From Owenia fusiformis (taxonomy: Eukaryota): DNA of 64,000 nucleotides. The notes beneath the pieces were generated by a model. The model made no database searches, had not been told where the DNA came from, and worked only from the letters and a program-made list of their open reading frames with translations. Below, one piece after another: positions 13,035 to 25,860 of the stretch. The number at the start of each line of letters is the position of its first letter. Position 1 is the first letter of the stretch. Where the stretch lies: NCBI GenBank assembly GCA_903813345.2, contig CAIIXF020000001.1:43896001-43960000 (forward strand), written 5' to 3'. Both the position numbers and the translations under genes were made by a program.

Positions 13035-13100
13035 GCTTTACCACGTGACGTACATCCTGATTCCTGATTGGCTAGCCCCTTATTTAGGTGGGACATTTAA
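13035..13100 (-). promoter_or_regulatory. Putative proximal promoter of the repeat-protein gene
   Basis: CCACGTGACG (overlapping E-box and CRE half-site) at ~13041 and ATTGG (CCAAT on the minus strand) at ~13067, about 90-115 bp upstream of the ATG at 12955. Confidence 0.4.
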
Positions 13101-13314
13101 ATATGACAACAGTTCGGCAAATGAAACTAAACAAGTAAAAGGGAGTCTGTGTAAAATATGATTGTTTTCGCATAATTTTCAACAATCCTTTCACTATTTC
13201 CCCCCCTTCCATTTGCAGTTATTATTATTCTGCTAATTAGAAATCTTTTTAGCTCATGACTCCGAGGTTACTCGAGTCTCTAGCCAATAAAGTGGCCTTA
13301 GAAGAAGGTAACAC

Positions 13315-13911
13315 TTACTCACTTCGAGAGCCATGTTAGATTTTGAAACTTATGGCTCTCAAACGGAGAAGTGAACAGCTGATCAATAGTGACCTTTGAA
13401 ATTGAATTAAGTCGATCCGCGGCTTACTTTTGGTCTCTAACTGTGTCTTACATCAGTATCATCAATCCGTGTAAGTATTGGAGCGCTGGAGTACTTCTTT
13501 TTCGATCAAGACTTGTAAATTGTTCATCGAGTTAAAGTTTTACAGACCTATTTCCAATATGGCGGTTTGCTAGGTGCGAGATACGCAACGAACGAAATGA
13601 ATTTTGAGAATTAGCTAGGTTCGGACAACCTCCGGAGATTTACGAAAATGTCCGAGCAGAAACCGCCATATTGGAATTTGGCAGTAAAACGATTCACTCG
13701 ACTAACAATTACAAGTCTTGATCGAAAAAGAAGTACTCCAGCGCTCCAATACTTACACGGATTGATGATACTGATGTAAGACACAGTTAGAGACCAAAAG
13801 TAAGCCGCGGATCGACTTAATTCGATTTCAAAGGTCACGATCATTGAGCTGTCCAAATGCTCCGTGGGAAAGCTATTATATCAAAATCCAAATAGCTTTC
13901 GCAGGAAGTAA
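13315..13911. mobile_element. ~597-bp MITE, copy 1 (8-bp TSD GGTAACAC)
   Basis: Imperfect TIRs TTACTCACTTCGAGAGC / GCTTTCGCAGGAAGTAA and a ~190-bp internal inverted repeat. TSD at 13307-13314 and 13912-13919. Near-identical copy at 29505-30100. Confidence 0.93.
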
Positions 13912-13977
13912 GGTAACACCGAGGTCATTACACTGTGGCACTTGGACAGAAGTTAAAGGACTAGAATACTCACTGTA

Positions 13978-15094
13978 CACTCCCCTCCATAAGTTTGGCA
14001 ACCTCATCTCGACCATTGAACTGCGTGTTAAAGCCTCTTTACCTTTAATTTTTTATTTACTTAACCTGCGATGAAAATACTTATACTATTGATGGAAACG
14101 TAATTTGACTTTATTTCCAATACCTCCAAAATTTTCGCAATTTTTTTCCTCAATTACAATAAGTCGATAATTGATGATAAATTTGGTGAATTTTTGAAAA
14201 TCAACATTCCCATGTTAACCAATGGGTAATGATAGGTTTGCCGCAAGTCATATGGCAGAATATCCATCCATCCGAGTCCTTGCAAAAATATGAGTTAGGC
14301 TGTCAATTGAATTTGCTAACTTTATTTAACAAAAAATGATATGTTTCTTCAGGTTCAACAAAGTTAGAGGGCTTTAAAGTCAAAATCATTTCTCAAAAAA
14401 ACTCTCCCATTGAAATAACACAGCAGGCGAAAAATTATTTTCAAAAATGACTTTGAAGCGCTGTAACTTTAGTATTCATCAAATAAACTAAACACTTAGT
14501 GTACATAAAAGTTAGACAATTCAATTTTCTATATAAAATATTTTTTGCTGAATCTTTTACTGAATTTCAGTAAAAGATTCAGCAAAATGAATTGCTGAAT
14601 CTTTTACTGAATTTCAGTAAAAGATTCAGCAAAAAATATTTTTATATAGAAAATTGAATTGTCTAACTTTTATGTACACTAAGTGTTTAGTTTATTTGAT
14701 GAATACTAAAGTTACAGCGCTTCAAAGTCATTTTTGAAAATAATTTTTCGCCTGCTGTGTTATTTCAATGGGAGAGTTTTTTTTAAAAATGATTTTGACT
14801 TTAAAGCCCTCTAACTTTGTTGAACCTGAAGAAACATATCCTGAATTCTGATTTGCCCCGAACCCTCCATTTCCCATTGGATTACATGGGAATGACGATT
14901 TTCAAATATTCATCAAATTTATCATCAATTTTTGACCTAAATTTGGAAGTATTGGAAATAACGTCAAGTTACGTTTCCATCAATATCATAAGTTATTTCA
15001 TCTCCGGTTAAGTAAATGAAAATTAAAACGCAAAGAGGCTTAAACACTTAGTTCAATGGGGGAGCTAATGTTGCCAAACTTATGGAGGGGAGTG
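13978..15094. mobile_element. Tc1/mariner-like foldback element (TA TSD), almost fully palindromic
   Basis: TA|CACTCCCCTCCATAAGTTTGGCAAC ... GTTGCCAAACTTATGGAGGGGAGTG|TA. Arms are inverted over most of their length, and the centre holds two tandem ~40-bp palindromes (14545-14635). Confidence 0.85.
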
Positions 15095-15137
15095 TACATG
15101 TGTTTGGATCTTCCAAGGCCTCCATCGGACTCCCGGC

Positions 15138-15319
15138 TAACCTTGTATTCGCGAATGCAACTAACGCCTGTCGGTTACCGGATTAACCTACTATTTTACG
15201 ACCAACTCATTTAGATATGAATGGCATCGTGGCAGGTGCTATTCATTGATTGCCCATAAAACAGTAGGTTAATCAGGTAACCGACAGCCGTTAGTTGCAT
15301 TCGTGAATATAAGGTCAGT
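15138..15319. mobile_element. ~180-bp hairpin MITE-like element
   Basis: ACCTTGTATTCGCGAATGCAACTAACG...TTAACCTACT and AGTAGGTTAATC...CGTTAGTTGCATTCGTGAATATAAGGT are inverted. Confidence 0.65.
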
Positions 15320-15776
15320 GACATAGAAACAACACCTTTTGTGGTAGTTGGGAACGCCCTATGAAAAAGTATACATGGAAATATTAACTTTAAAAGTTAA
15401 GACCTAAAAGGTCAATGATAAATTAAAAGACGATGATGATAACTTGTCTTATTTAGGTTACCCCTGTAAATGTGGGGTTGATATTTCAAATCATCCCATG
15501 ACTACAGCCCATTTCACCGTTTTATTTCGTTAGTTAGAACCCCAATAAATAAGAAATCAGAAGACCAATGTGCAATAATATATGGAAAAGTATACATATT
15601 GTACATGAATGACATTTGCATATTTCAGATTATTTAGTTTTTTTGTGCAATAAGCCTATGCCCTCTTGTAATTTAAAGAATTGTTTTGTGTGACTGATTG
15701 TATCAACAAGGTTACTGAAAACGCCAGATTTCAATAGGCCTAGACACTGAAAAATCAACCCAACATTTATATATGA

Positions 15777-16250
15777 CACGCCTAACCATCGCGTAAGCAG
15801 GCGTCACCGTACAGCGTCAAAAATACAGTAGTAAGTAAGAGGAGGGAAAACCCCATAATTCAATTGATGACATACGATTTCCTCCTTCGCGCACCTCCTT
15901 TTGTCGAAAACGTACCCTCCATCTCGGTTTTCAACGTTTTCAAATTGATTTAAACCAATCAACGATCGACTCGCTAAACCAATCAGCGACGATGTCATCT
16001 CAATACAGATTTACATTATAAGCGTATGTCATCTTTGAACCCTGGGGTTTCTCCCCCTCTTGTAGTAAGCTTACAGTTTTCTGTACGGTGACGAAAAATT
16101 AGATGAAAATAAAAAAGATTTCGGGTGTAATAAAAACAGCATTTTCTTAGAGATGGTTTTAACTTTCTAATTATGATAAAAGTTTTTTAGCACTGCTCGG
16201 ATTATTTCTGACTGGATCGGCCCACATAATCGACTCGGGAGAAAAATGTG
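15777..16250 (+). mobile_element. Truncated left arm of the CACGCC-ended element family, interrupted by a ~230-bp insertion (~15835-16068)
   Basis: Starts CACGCCTAACCATCGCGTAAGCAGGCGTCACCGTACAG, like 21224. Homology resumes at TACAGTTTTCTGTACGGTGAC (~16072). The insert has inverted ends AAGAGGAGGGAAAACCCCA / TGGGGTTTCTCCCCCTCTT. Confidence 0.75.
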
Positions 16251-16554
16251 TTATCATTAAAGGTCAAATCTATTTTGACCTTGAGAATGTCAAATCTATT
16301 TCAGATTTGAACTTTTGAGAACTCGTAGACGGTTTTGAAAAATAAAATTGGTCAATATGAAACAAGTTGAAAAATACCTTTTTGACCTTGAGAAGCTCAT
16401 TATTGAAGTCAGATTTGAACTTCTGATAACTTCTTTTGAAAAAAATTGGTCAATTTGAAGCAAGTTGCAAAAATACCCTTTTGACCTTTTTAACCTTTTT
16501 TGACCTTGAAAAGGTCATTGAAGGTCAAATCTTAAATATAAAAATAGTACCGTG

Positions 16555-18948
16555 GGTACTGGGCTCACATGGTGTTGCTCAAAAGTGAACGATGGCTAAA
16601 ATGACAAAAAATAAAGAAAAAACGGATTTAATTTTTTGCCGATTTTTTGTAACAAAATTATTTCATACAACTATTCTTTACAAAGACATGGCTTTTTACA
16701 ATGCAGGAAACCTAAAATTATTTGTAAAGCTAGGAAATGGGTCAAAAGGGAATTTCCCGAGACAAAAATGGTGGCCATTTTGAAAATAGGAGAGCTTTTG
16801 AAGCAGGAGTCACAGATTTTTTCTATATTAATGTTCAACAAAAATATTTTAAAACGGGAATCCTATCTACAGAGGATTTAACAAGACACACAGTGATAAA
16901 TATCGCACTTTGAAGAGCAAACTGGCCACCATGCAATTTACCCAGCATGGCCAAAACCTAATCAGACCTAATGGCACTAGTCTGCTCTTGCATCTGTAAA
17001 CATTTAAAGTTGACAAGGTTAGCGGTTTTCCTGCAATTTTGATGACAAGAATTTATTTGTAGTCTTGAACTTTGGGAAAATTTAGATAACATTGTTTGTG
17101 ACCTAATTTGATGACCTTCGACCTTGAAAATTTCACTTTTTCAGACCTCAGTAGGTCTTTTGTAATTAGCTGACCTAAATTTAAATCCAAAATATCAATT
17201 TAGAAAATCAAATTTTTGACCTTTTCAAGGCCACTGAAGGTCAACGAAAGGTCAAATCTGAAAGCTAAGGTCAGATTTGAACTTCTGAGAACTTGTAGAT
17301 GTTTTTAAAAAAAAAATTTGGTCAATTTGGAGCAAGTTGAAAAATTCAAAATGGCCGCCAAATTGAAAAATTCAAAATGGCCACCATGTAATTCAGCCAG
17401 CATACCCAAAACCTAATCAGATCTTGGCAATAGTCTGTTCTTGCATCTGTAAAAATTTCAAGTTGAACGGATAAGTGGTTTTCCTGGAATTTTGATGACA
17501 AGATTTGTTGAAAAATTCAAAATGGCCACCACGTAGTTTACCCAGCATGCCCTTAACCTAATCAGATCTTGGCACTAGTCTGCTATTGCATGTGTAAAAA
17601 TTTCAAGTTGAACAGGTTAGCGGTTTTCTTGGAATTTTGATGACAAGAATTGATTTGAAGTCTCAAACTTTGAGAAACTTGGATAACATCATTTGTGACC
17701 TAGTTTAATGACCTTGACTTTCGACCTTGAAAATTTCACTTTTTCAGACCTCAGTAGGTGTTTTGTAATTAAGCTGACCTAAATTTAAATCCAAAATATC
17801 AATTTAGAAAATCAACTTTTTTTACCTTTTCAAGGTCACTGAAGGTGAATGAAACGGATAAGTGGTTTTCCTGGAATTTTGATGACAAGATTTGTTGAAA
17901 AATTCAAAATGGCCGCCACATAGTTTACCCAGCATGCCCTTAACCTAATCAGATCTTGGTACTAGTCTGCTCTTGCATTTGTAAAAATTTCAAGTTGAAC
18001 AGGTAAGCAGTTATCCTGGAAATTTGATGACAAGATTTGGTTTATGTCCCGCCCGCCCACACGCCCGCACGCCCAAACGCCCGCACGCCCAAACGCCCGC
18101 ACGCCCGCCCAACAGCACAAGACGACGACAATATAGCACTTTTTCAAAGTGCGATAAAAAGAGCCAAGCGATGACAGACAGAGGTTTTAAAACTTGCCAC
18201 TATTTTGGACTGACTGAGAGACAGATGGACAAATCAATGTTTACTAAATTGGCTGAAAATAAAAAAAACTGTTATGATTTTTTGCCGATTTTTTGTAACA
18301 AAATTATTTCATATAATTACTCTTTACAGTGACATGGCTTTTTACAATGCAGGACACCTGAAATTATTTGTAAAGCTAGGAAATGGGTCAAAAGTGAATT
18401 TCGCGAGACAAAAATGGCAGCCATTTTGAAAATAGGCGAGCTTTTGAACCAGGAGTCATAGGGGAGTTTTCTGTATTGATGTTGAACAGAAATAACTTAA
18501 AACAGGAACCCTATCGACAGAGGTTTTAAAACGTGCCACTATTGTTGACGGAAAAGTGGATTTCGCGAGACAGATGGACAAGTCAATGTTAACTAAAATG
18601 GCTGATAATAAAAAAAATGGATATTATTTTTTTACTCTTTACATTGACATGAATTTTTACAATGTAGGACACCTGAGATTATTTGTTAAGCTAGGGAATG
18701 GCTCAAAGGTAAATTTTGCGAGACAAAAATGGCGGCCATTTTGAAAATAGGCGAGCTTTTCAACCAGGAGTCATAAGGGAATTTTCTGTATTGATGTTGA
18801 ACAGAAATAACTTAAAACAGGAATCCTATCGACAGAGGTTTTAAAATGTGCCACTATGACGCACGCACGCACGCACGCACGCATGCACGGACAGACAGAC
18901 GGACAAGTGAGTGATTGCAAACGCTCACCATGTGAGCTAGGCTAATAA
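16555..18948 (+). mobile_element. Helentron-associated non-autonomous element (HINE/DINE-1-like), outer element
   Basis: Subterminal inverted repeat GCTCACATGGTG (16563-16574) / CACCATGTGAGC (18926-18937), the latter in a 3' hairpin. (GCAC)n/(GACA)n microsatellite at ~18858-18905 and internal ~300-bp tandem repeats. Confidence 0.7.
16880..18160 (+). mobile_element. Second HINE-like element nested in the first
   Basis: Subterminal inverted repeat TATCGCACTTTGAA (16901-16914) / TTCAAAGTGCGATA (18143-18156) with a 3' hairpin. (ACGCCC)-type microsatellite at ~18048-18110 and internal tandem repeats containing AAAATGGCCGCC. Confidence 0.75.
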
Positions 18949-19947
18949 TGCAAAAACCTGTATTTTATTGACAGTGTAGTGTTTTTGAAAAAAGCCCGTC
19001 AAAATCATAAAATTGGAAATTTTGACAAAATATTTATTTTCCATGTTGGAAATTGTCTCCAGAATAAAATATGAAAATTTCAATAAGAATGGTTGTTCTA
19101 TTGCAAATATAGAGTAAAAAACGACTGCATCATACAACCTGTCCGGGGTACTAAGTATTATTTTAAAAGCGAAAACGTAACCGAGATTTTTGTCAGCGAT
19201 GTGAAATTACTTTCAATTTTGTGATGTCAATCATTTTTACACACTTTTGCAGTTGCCCGAATGTAGCATTCGAAATACGTTTTATTTCGTTTAGGGCAAA
19301 TGGTAAAAACCCGGATAAGGCGTTTTACAAAAATTGATCGGTCTTACACTACACTCCTAAAGCGCCTAACGATTTAAGGTTTTCTTAGTGACTAGGGTTC
19401 TAGGAGTTTTGGAAAAGCGCTTTTGTAAAACCACAATCGTGATTACACCTTTTTTCAAACCGGTGTGAAAGAAATTATGGTCCACCAGGGATTATGGTTC
19501 CCCTTCTAAAGGCCCTTACTGGCCCTGATTGTTTATGAGATAATAAGGGAAAGAGCACAAAGAGGTCACCATATAAATCAATGGAGAGTAGGACCATAAA
19601 TTAATAGGACCTCCTGCCCTTTTACACCGGGTTAAAACCTTAGTCGTCTCTCTAAAACGCATGGTGTAATTCCAGCAATTGAAACATTCTGTAAAAAAAC
19701 ACGGTCCTTTATGTAATGATTTGCTGGAATTACACCAGAAAAACGCAAAAAGCGCTTTAGTGGAAAGCGCTTTAGAAAATTGTCATCCTGATTACATTAA
19801 AAAGTATATATATCACTAAACTGTTAACATTCAAAAGATGACCACTGGATTGACGTTTAAAATTGTCAGAATGCTTTGATGACTGGTTTATGAGAAACAT
19901 GTGTTCGATTCAGTTCGCCATATCGATACCAATCCTTTGCGCGTCTC

Positions 19948-20365
19948 GGTTAGGCCATGAGAAGTAGATTCTCTGTTTTGCGTCCCCTTGCTTGCATGGT
20001 TTTGAGTAAATGAGAAAAAAACAAACACATCCAAATAGCAATCACAATAGTCTGAAAGTACCAACGTATCAGACGAAATGGCGGATAATTTGATGTGCGT
20101 CTAAATTGACAGTGTTATTGATTACTTTGGCATACTGTGTATTTTCTTATTTTTTACCCTTGAATAATAGCTATGTTTAAATATATTGTATAAAATGTAT
20201 AGAATTGGTATGTCATCCCTTTTATGCCCATAAATCGTATACATTTTCAGCAAACAAGTTTGTGTTTTGCCATGAGTTTGTGTTTGTTTTCCTAGTACCC
20301 TTGCATGATTTGAATTTTGACGCTCAGAACGCAAAACAAAGAATCTACTTCTTATGGCCTTAGGT
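19948..20365. mobile_element. MITE-like element with ~35-bp inverted ends
   Basis: TTAGGCCATGAGAAGTAGATTCTCTGTTTTGCGT and ACGCAAAACAAAGAATCTACTTCTTATGGCCT are inverted. Confidence 0.55.
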
Positions 20366-21223
20366 TTTGTAACACTGTACATCTGTATTAACAGGCGCGT
20401 AACCAGGCTTACGCGAGGGTACGCAGTTGCGTACCCTACATGATGGAGTATATGTCATGTCACATAAAATTTCACTTCTATACATCGTAAAATAATCTAA
20501 GTCCAAGAATGTAAAGGAAACTGGCCAATGAAAAGCTTTTTGAAAATGCAGGAATTAAAAGTTAACAACTTTTCATCATAAAATAACAGTAAGTCCAAGA
20601 ATGTAAAGGAACATAGTCAATGTAAAGCTTTTTGAAATTACCTGCATTAAAAGTTCACAACTTTGCATGCTGAAATAATCCAAGTCCAAGAAGTGGGTGA
20701 AAAGACAGTTCTTACTAAAATGGGACAACTTTTTGTCCCTAAATCTCGTGACGTGATGGAGCAAAAAATAAATTGTTCTAAGTCTAAAAAACTTGTAATG
20801 CAAAATATTTTCGTCCCATGATCTTTCACCCGGCCCGTAGCCAGCCACGATTTACCCAGGGGAAGTTTTACCGGGACTTTTTGCCAGGGGGGGGAGCTTT
20901 TTGACAGTTTTGACAACTCAGGCGAAAGTGCTCAGAATGGTGAAAAACTGCATGTTCAATGATTTCGGAATTCTGGCCGCAGGGGGAGGGAGCGTGGGCC
21001 TGATGATCCATTCAATGTCAGCACTGCACTTTTGTATTTTTTTTTGTATTTGGTCCCTTTTTATAATTCGTTTCAACTTGGAATAAAAGGTTTAGTATTC
21101 CCAGGGTTCAATGATCAGCTGATTACATGGACCTCTGTGGAGTGTTCCTAATGGTGACACTGGCCATATTTTGGATTGGTCACTGCAGAGACATGATATC
21201 GTAAATCTGGTCACTGCTAAGGT

Positions 21224-22741
21224 CACGCCTTACCATCGCATAAGCAGGCGTCACCGTACAGCGTCAAAAAATAGCGGAGTACAGTTTTCTGTACGGTAAC
21301 GCAAATTAACTGCTTTGAAGCAAAAACTATGACAAGGGTTTAAAAAAATTATTTGATGAAAACTAATACGATTTCATGTGAAATAAAAACAGCATTCTCT
21401 TAGAAATGGTTTTACCTTTCTGATTATGATAAACGTTTTACGAGCACTGTTCGGATTATTTCAGAGTGAATCGGCCCACATAATCGACCAGAGTGAAAAA
21501 AGGTTGTTTTTTCACATTTTGTTTGGTTATTATTTTCCCCACCGTCTGAGAGTATGGATTATTTTTATGAGAATATGTATTTGTTACTTACACATTTTAG
21601 AACGGGCGAAGATTCAGCAAACAACTATTCATTATGTATATTTAAAAAAGATCAAATTTGTACGGTGACGCACCAGCTGTACGGTGACGCTATGCTTTGA
21701 TGAACTAAATGAGACTAAGATTGTATGAAATGGAAACTCTGGAGTATGATCATTTGTTCATATATAGTGCATGGGCGCTACAGTTCAACGATATCTTCCA
21801 CAGCTTAATGGAAGGTTACTGGAAATGTATGATACGGTAAAGATCATGAAACCAAAAACTCTCTTGTTGCTATGTTATTGATGTTTTAAAACAAGGGATG
21901 TCACAAGTAAATCTCATCTTGCACTTGTGACTTTTTAGAATGAAAGATGCAATATCTTGCATGGGGTTAAGATGGCTGTGTAGGCTATCTTTGTTAGTCA
22001 TATGAGAAAAGCCTGGTTTAGTTAAAATGATACCAAAGCATTACGTCAACTTTCAAATAGTTAATTCCATGAAAACTAAAAATATCGAAATTAATACTTC
22101 CTGTCCGCCATCTTAAATGCGAAGGTGACGGCTGTAACCTTCGCTTGATACTTACCAGTGATAATGTACATGTAGATCTGACGCTTCTTTACCTCTTGTT
22201 CGAACAGTAAGCTTAGAGCACTTCATAAAATCTAAGGAAGCGTCACCGTACAGCTGATGCGTCACCGTACAGTTCTGATCTTTTTTAAATAAATACACTG
22301 AATGATTATTTGCCGAATATTCATCTGTTCTAAAATATGTAGATAACAAATACATATTCTCATAAAAATAATCCATACTCTCAGACGACAGGGAAATAAA
22401 AATAATCCATACTCTCAGACGACAGGGAAAATAATAACCAAACAAAAAGTGAAAAAACACCATTTTTCTCTCGAGTCGATTATGTGGGCCGATCCAGTCA
22501 GAAAAAATCCGAGCAGTGCTCGAAAAACTTTTATCATAATTAGAAAGTTAAAACCATTCCTAGGAGAATGCTGTTTTCATTACACCCGAAATCGTATTTA
22601 TTTTCATCTAATTAATCTTTTTAAAACCCTCATTATAGTTTTTGCTTCAACTCAGTTAATTTTCGTCACCGTACAGAAAACTGTACTACTGTATTTTTTG
22701 ACGCTGTACGGTGACGCCTGCTCACGCGATGGTTAGGCGTG
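21224..22741. mobile_element. Non-autonomous DNA transposon with CAC termini, ~470-bp TIRs and 5-bp TSD (Transib-like)
   Basis: AAGGT|CACGCCTTACCATCGC ... GCGATGGTTAGGCGTG|AAGGT. Arms 21224-21690 and 22240-22741 are inverted and carry repeated GTCACCGTACAG subterminal motifs. Confidence 0.8.
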
Positions 22742-24689
22742 AAGGTGCTAACTGACTGTAACACTGTACTGATTCCTAACTTTCAAAGTTATCACTGCAC
22801 TTTTTTATGAATCACTTTTGATTACAATTGGTTTCACTATTACTTAGGGACCCAGCCTGAATATTTTTGTTTTTGAATATTGGAGAGTATTACGCGAGAT
22901 TTTTTCATTTTCTTGTTGGAAAATATATTTATTTTATGATGTGGGGTGATATCTAGAGTTTGAGGCTTGCGAAAATAAGATATCCTCATCTTTATACCCC
23001 CCACCCTATAATTTCAGGGGGGTCAGAAGAAAATAAACTTTAATTCATAACTTTGGAAGTAAATGAGATACAAACTTAATTTTTCCACCATAATTTAGAG
23101 AATAACATCAGTAATTCAGAAAAAATATATCAAATGAAAATAAGCTAATTTGCATAATTTAACCCTTAAACCGCCATAAAAACTATTAAATAACGGAATG
23201 ATAATAAACAACTTTTACTGTAATTGCTTTCATATGAAGTTATAACTTATGAAATAATTCCTAAAAATGCATCTATATATGTATATTAGATGTGCAAAAT
23301 ATTAAAAGTGTATCTTACATAACGACTGTGAAAAATATTTCTCCCCTTACCTTAAAATTGAAGGGAGGGGGTCAAAAGAAAATAAACTTTAATTCATAAC
23401 TTTGGAAGTATATAAGATACAAACTTTATTTTTTCACCAAAATTTACAAAATAATATCAGTAATGGAGAAAAAAATATTTTGAACAAAAATAAGCTAATT
23501 TGCATAATTTAACCCTTAAACCGCCATAAAAACTATTAAATGACAAAATGATAATATACGACATTTACTGTAATTACCTTCATATGAAGTTATAACTGAT
23601 GAAATAATTCCTAAAAATGCATCTATATATGTATAATAGATGTGAAAAATATTAAAAGTGCATCTTATATATAGATTGTGAAAAAATTTCTCCCCCTACC
23701 CAGATATTTCAGGGGGGTCAACTGAAAATGGACTTTAATTTATAACTTTGGAAGTATATGAGGTATAAACCTATTTGTTCACCAAAATTTATGTAATAAA
23801 ATCAGTTACTAAGAAAAAAATTTTTGATATGCAAATAAGCTAATTTGCATAATTTAACCCTTATACAGTCATAAAAACCGTTAAATGACAAAACGATAAA
23901 ATACAACATTTATTTTAATCGACCTCTCATGAAGTTATAACTTATGAAATAATTCATATAGTTGCATTTATATATGTATAACAGATGTGCAAAATATTAA
24001 AAGTGTATCTTACATAACGACTGTGAAAGAATTCTCCCCCTACCCAGATATTTGAGGGGGGTCAAAATGAAAATGGACTTTAATTCATAACTTTGGAAGT
24101 ATATGAGGTACAAACTTAATTTTCACCTATATTTATGTTATATCATCAGTAATTCAGAAAAAACATTTTTTGATATGCAAATAAGCTAATTTGCATAATG
24201 TAACCCTTATAAAGTAATAAAAACCGTTAAATGACAAAGTGATAAAATATGGCATTTACTTTAATTGACTTCTTATGAAGTTACAACCTCGAGAAAAAAT
24301 TTACAACAGATATGCACAATATAAAAAGGTTATTTTATATAATGAGTGTGAAAAGAATCTTACACCCTACCTTAATAATTTTGAGGGCTCGGGGGGGGGT
24401 TAAAGAAAATAATAGACTTTAACTCATAACTTTGAAATAATTTAAGAAAGAGCTTATATTTCTTCGCTGAAAATTGAGAAATCACATCAATAATGAAACG
24501 AATATTACATGGGGACAATACTATATTTCAACTAATTTGCATAATTTAAGCTTAAAACAGTCATGAGAATCATTATAAGGCAAAGTGGTTCTATACTGAA
24601 ATTGACTTCACATGAAGTAAGGACTTTGACAATATATCCTTTCTTAATACTAGCATTTAAATGGAAAAATGATATCAACAATTATGAAG

Positions 24690-24905
24690 CTATTTTTCCC
24701 AACTATTTCAATGCCCATGGAAATTTTCATAGATATAATACTAGAGGCAAATCAAACTTCACCCTTCCTAAAGCAAAACTGAAAATTATGGCAAAAAACA
24801 ATAGCCTTTAGTGGTCACTCAATCTCCCAGAAGAAATAAAAAAGTTAAATTCCATTTCTTTTCTTAAATCAAAACTGAAGAAGCATATTCTCTTAGCTTA
24901 TTAAT
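24690..24905 (+). mobile_element. Degenerate 3' end of a CR1/L2-type LINE ORF2
   Basis: Reads PNYFNAHGNFHRYNTRGKSNFTLPK, then (frameshifted) ...LPEEIKKLNSISFLKSKLKK. This resembles the H-x-Y-N-T-R ... W-N-x-L-P C-terminal signature of CR1/L2-clade ORF2. Confidence 0.55.
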
Positions 24906-25499
24906 CATTAGTTGACTATATCATTTCTTGTTTCTTCAGTAAGAAGGGTAGGCTCTCAAGGGAGGTACATGGGCCAACATGGGCCAAATAATAACTAATA
25001 TTTTATAAGAATCACACTTTTAACGATTATTTGCGTCAATGCGGTAGCCTGGTATCTTTAAATAATAATTAATGAAGCTACACATTCATAAAATTTCCCT
25101 GTGGCATATGGCACCTTCTTGGCTTCAAATGAAATGAGCATCATGGATCCCCCATACCTTTACTTATTATAATCTAACTTTTGTGATTACATTCCGGTTT
25201 GATTCGTTGACAACATAATGATATACTTCATGATTTAACTGCTATATGTACGGGTATTTAAGCATCACCTGTGGTGCCACCTATTATTAATAATATGTGT
25301 ACACATAATGATTAAATGTATGAATAAATTGAGTTTAATTGAACTTGCAATGTTTCAGAATAACCCTTAAAAAGGTAACCATAACAATTCTAAAGTTTAT
25401 TGAACCATATTCAGAGTCACTGTGGGGACTGGTGTCATATTCTAGGTTGTAGGTACCTGATGCAGTGAAAATGTCATCATATATGTTTGGGTTAATCCA

Positions 25500-25860
25500 C
25501 TTATTCCCGTCCACACTCACTTTCCTTTGAGCCGCATGAACATGCAGCAAAACATTCTGTGCCTGCAGTGGCACATGAGCAAGTGGTTTAACATACTGCT
25601 TTGTCCTTGTATCGTTTGCATGTGCAAAATGACTTTGGGATTTTTGTTATATCAAGTTTCGGTTTTTTGGTCATTTTAATGGTCTCAAGAGTAATATGAA
25701 CCACTTGACATCCAAATCCATTCCCTGGCTCTTGAATCTCAAAAAGTGGTTTGTCAGCATTCATTGAAATGTATAATTGTTATAAACCAAAAATGCATCC
25801 ATAGTTAGTGGTAATGCTCTAATATCATTTTGGATGCTGCAAACAAGTGTAATACATCCA
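25500..25860 (-). pseudogene. Frameshifted and stop-containing C-terminal remnant of an Academ-type transposase (Cys8/CXC-like zinc finger)
   Basis: The minus strand reads ...NDIRALPLTMDAF... / MNADKPLFEIQEPGNGFGC...IPKSFCTCKRYKDKAVC*TTCSCATAGTECFAACSCGSKESEC. Confidence 0.55.

Noticed and set aside
13611..13856. Identical-looking 81-aa ORFs at 13611-13856 and 29801-30046
   Set aside because: Both lie inside the duplicated MITE's inverted repeat, lack a true ATG and any domain, and recur only because the element is duplicated.
16888..16895. CACAGTG as a V(D)J recombination signal heptamer
   Set aside because: There is no nonamer at 12- or 23-bp spacing; it is part of the HINE 5' end.
20395..21090. 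hAT-like ends CAGGCGCGTAACCAGG and GGCCCGTAGCCAG
   Set aside because: No matching opposite termini or TSDs could be located by eye. Probably TE fragments, but boundaries are unsupported.
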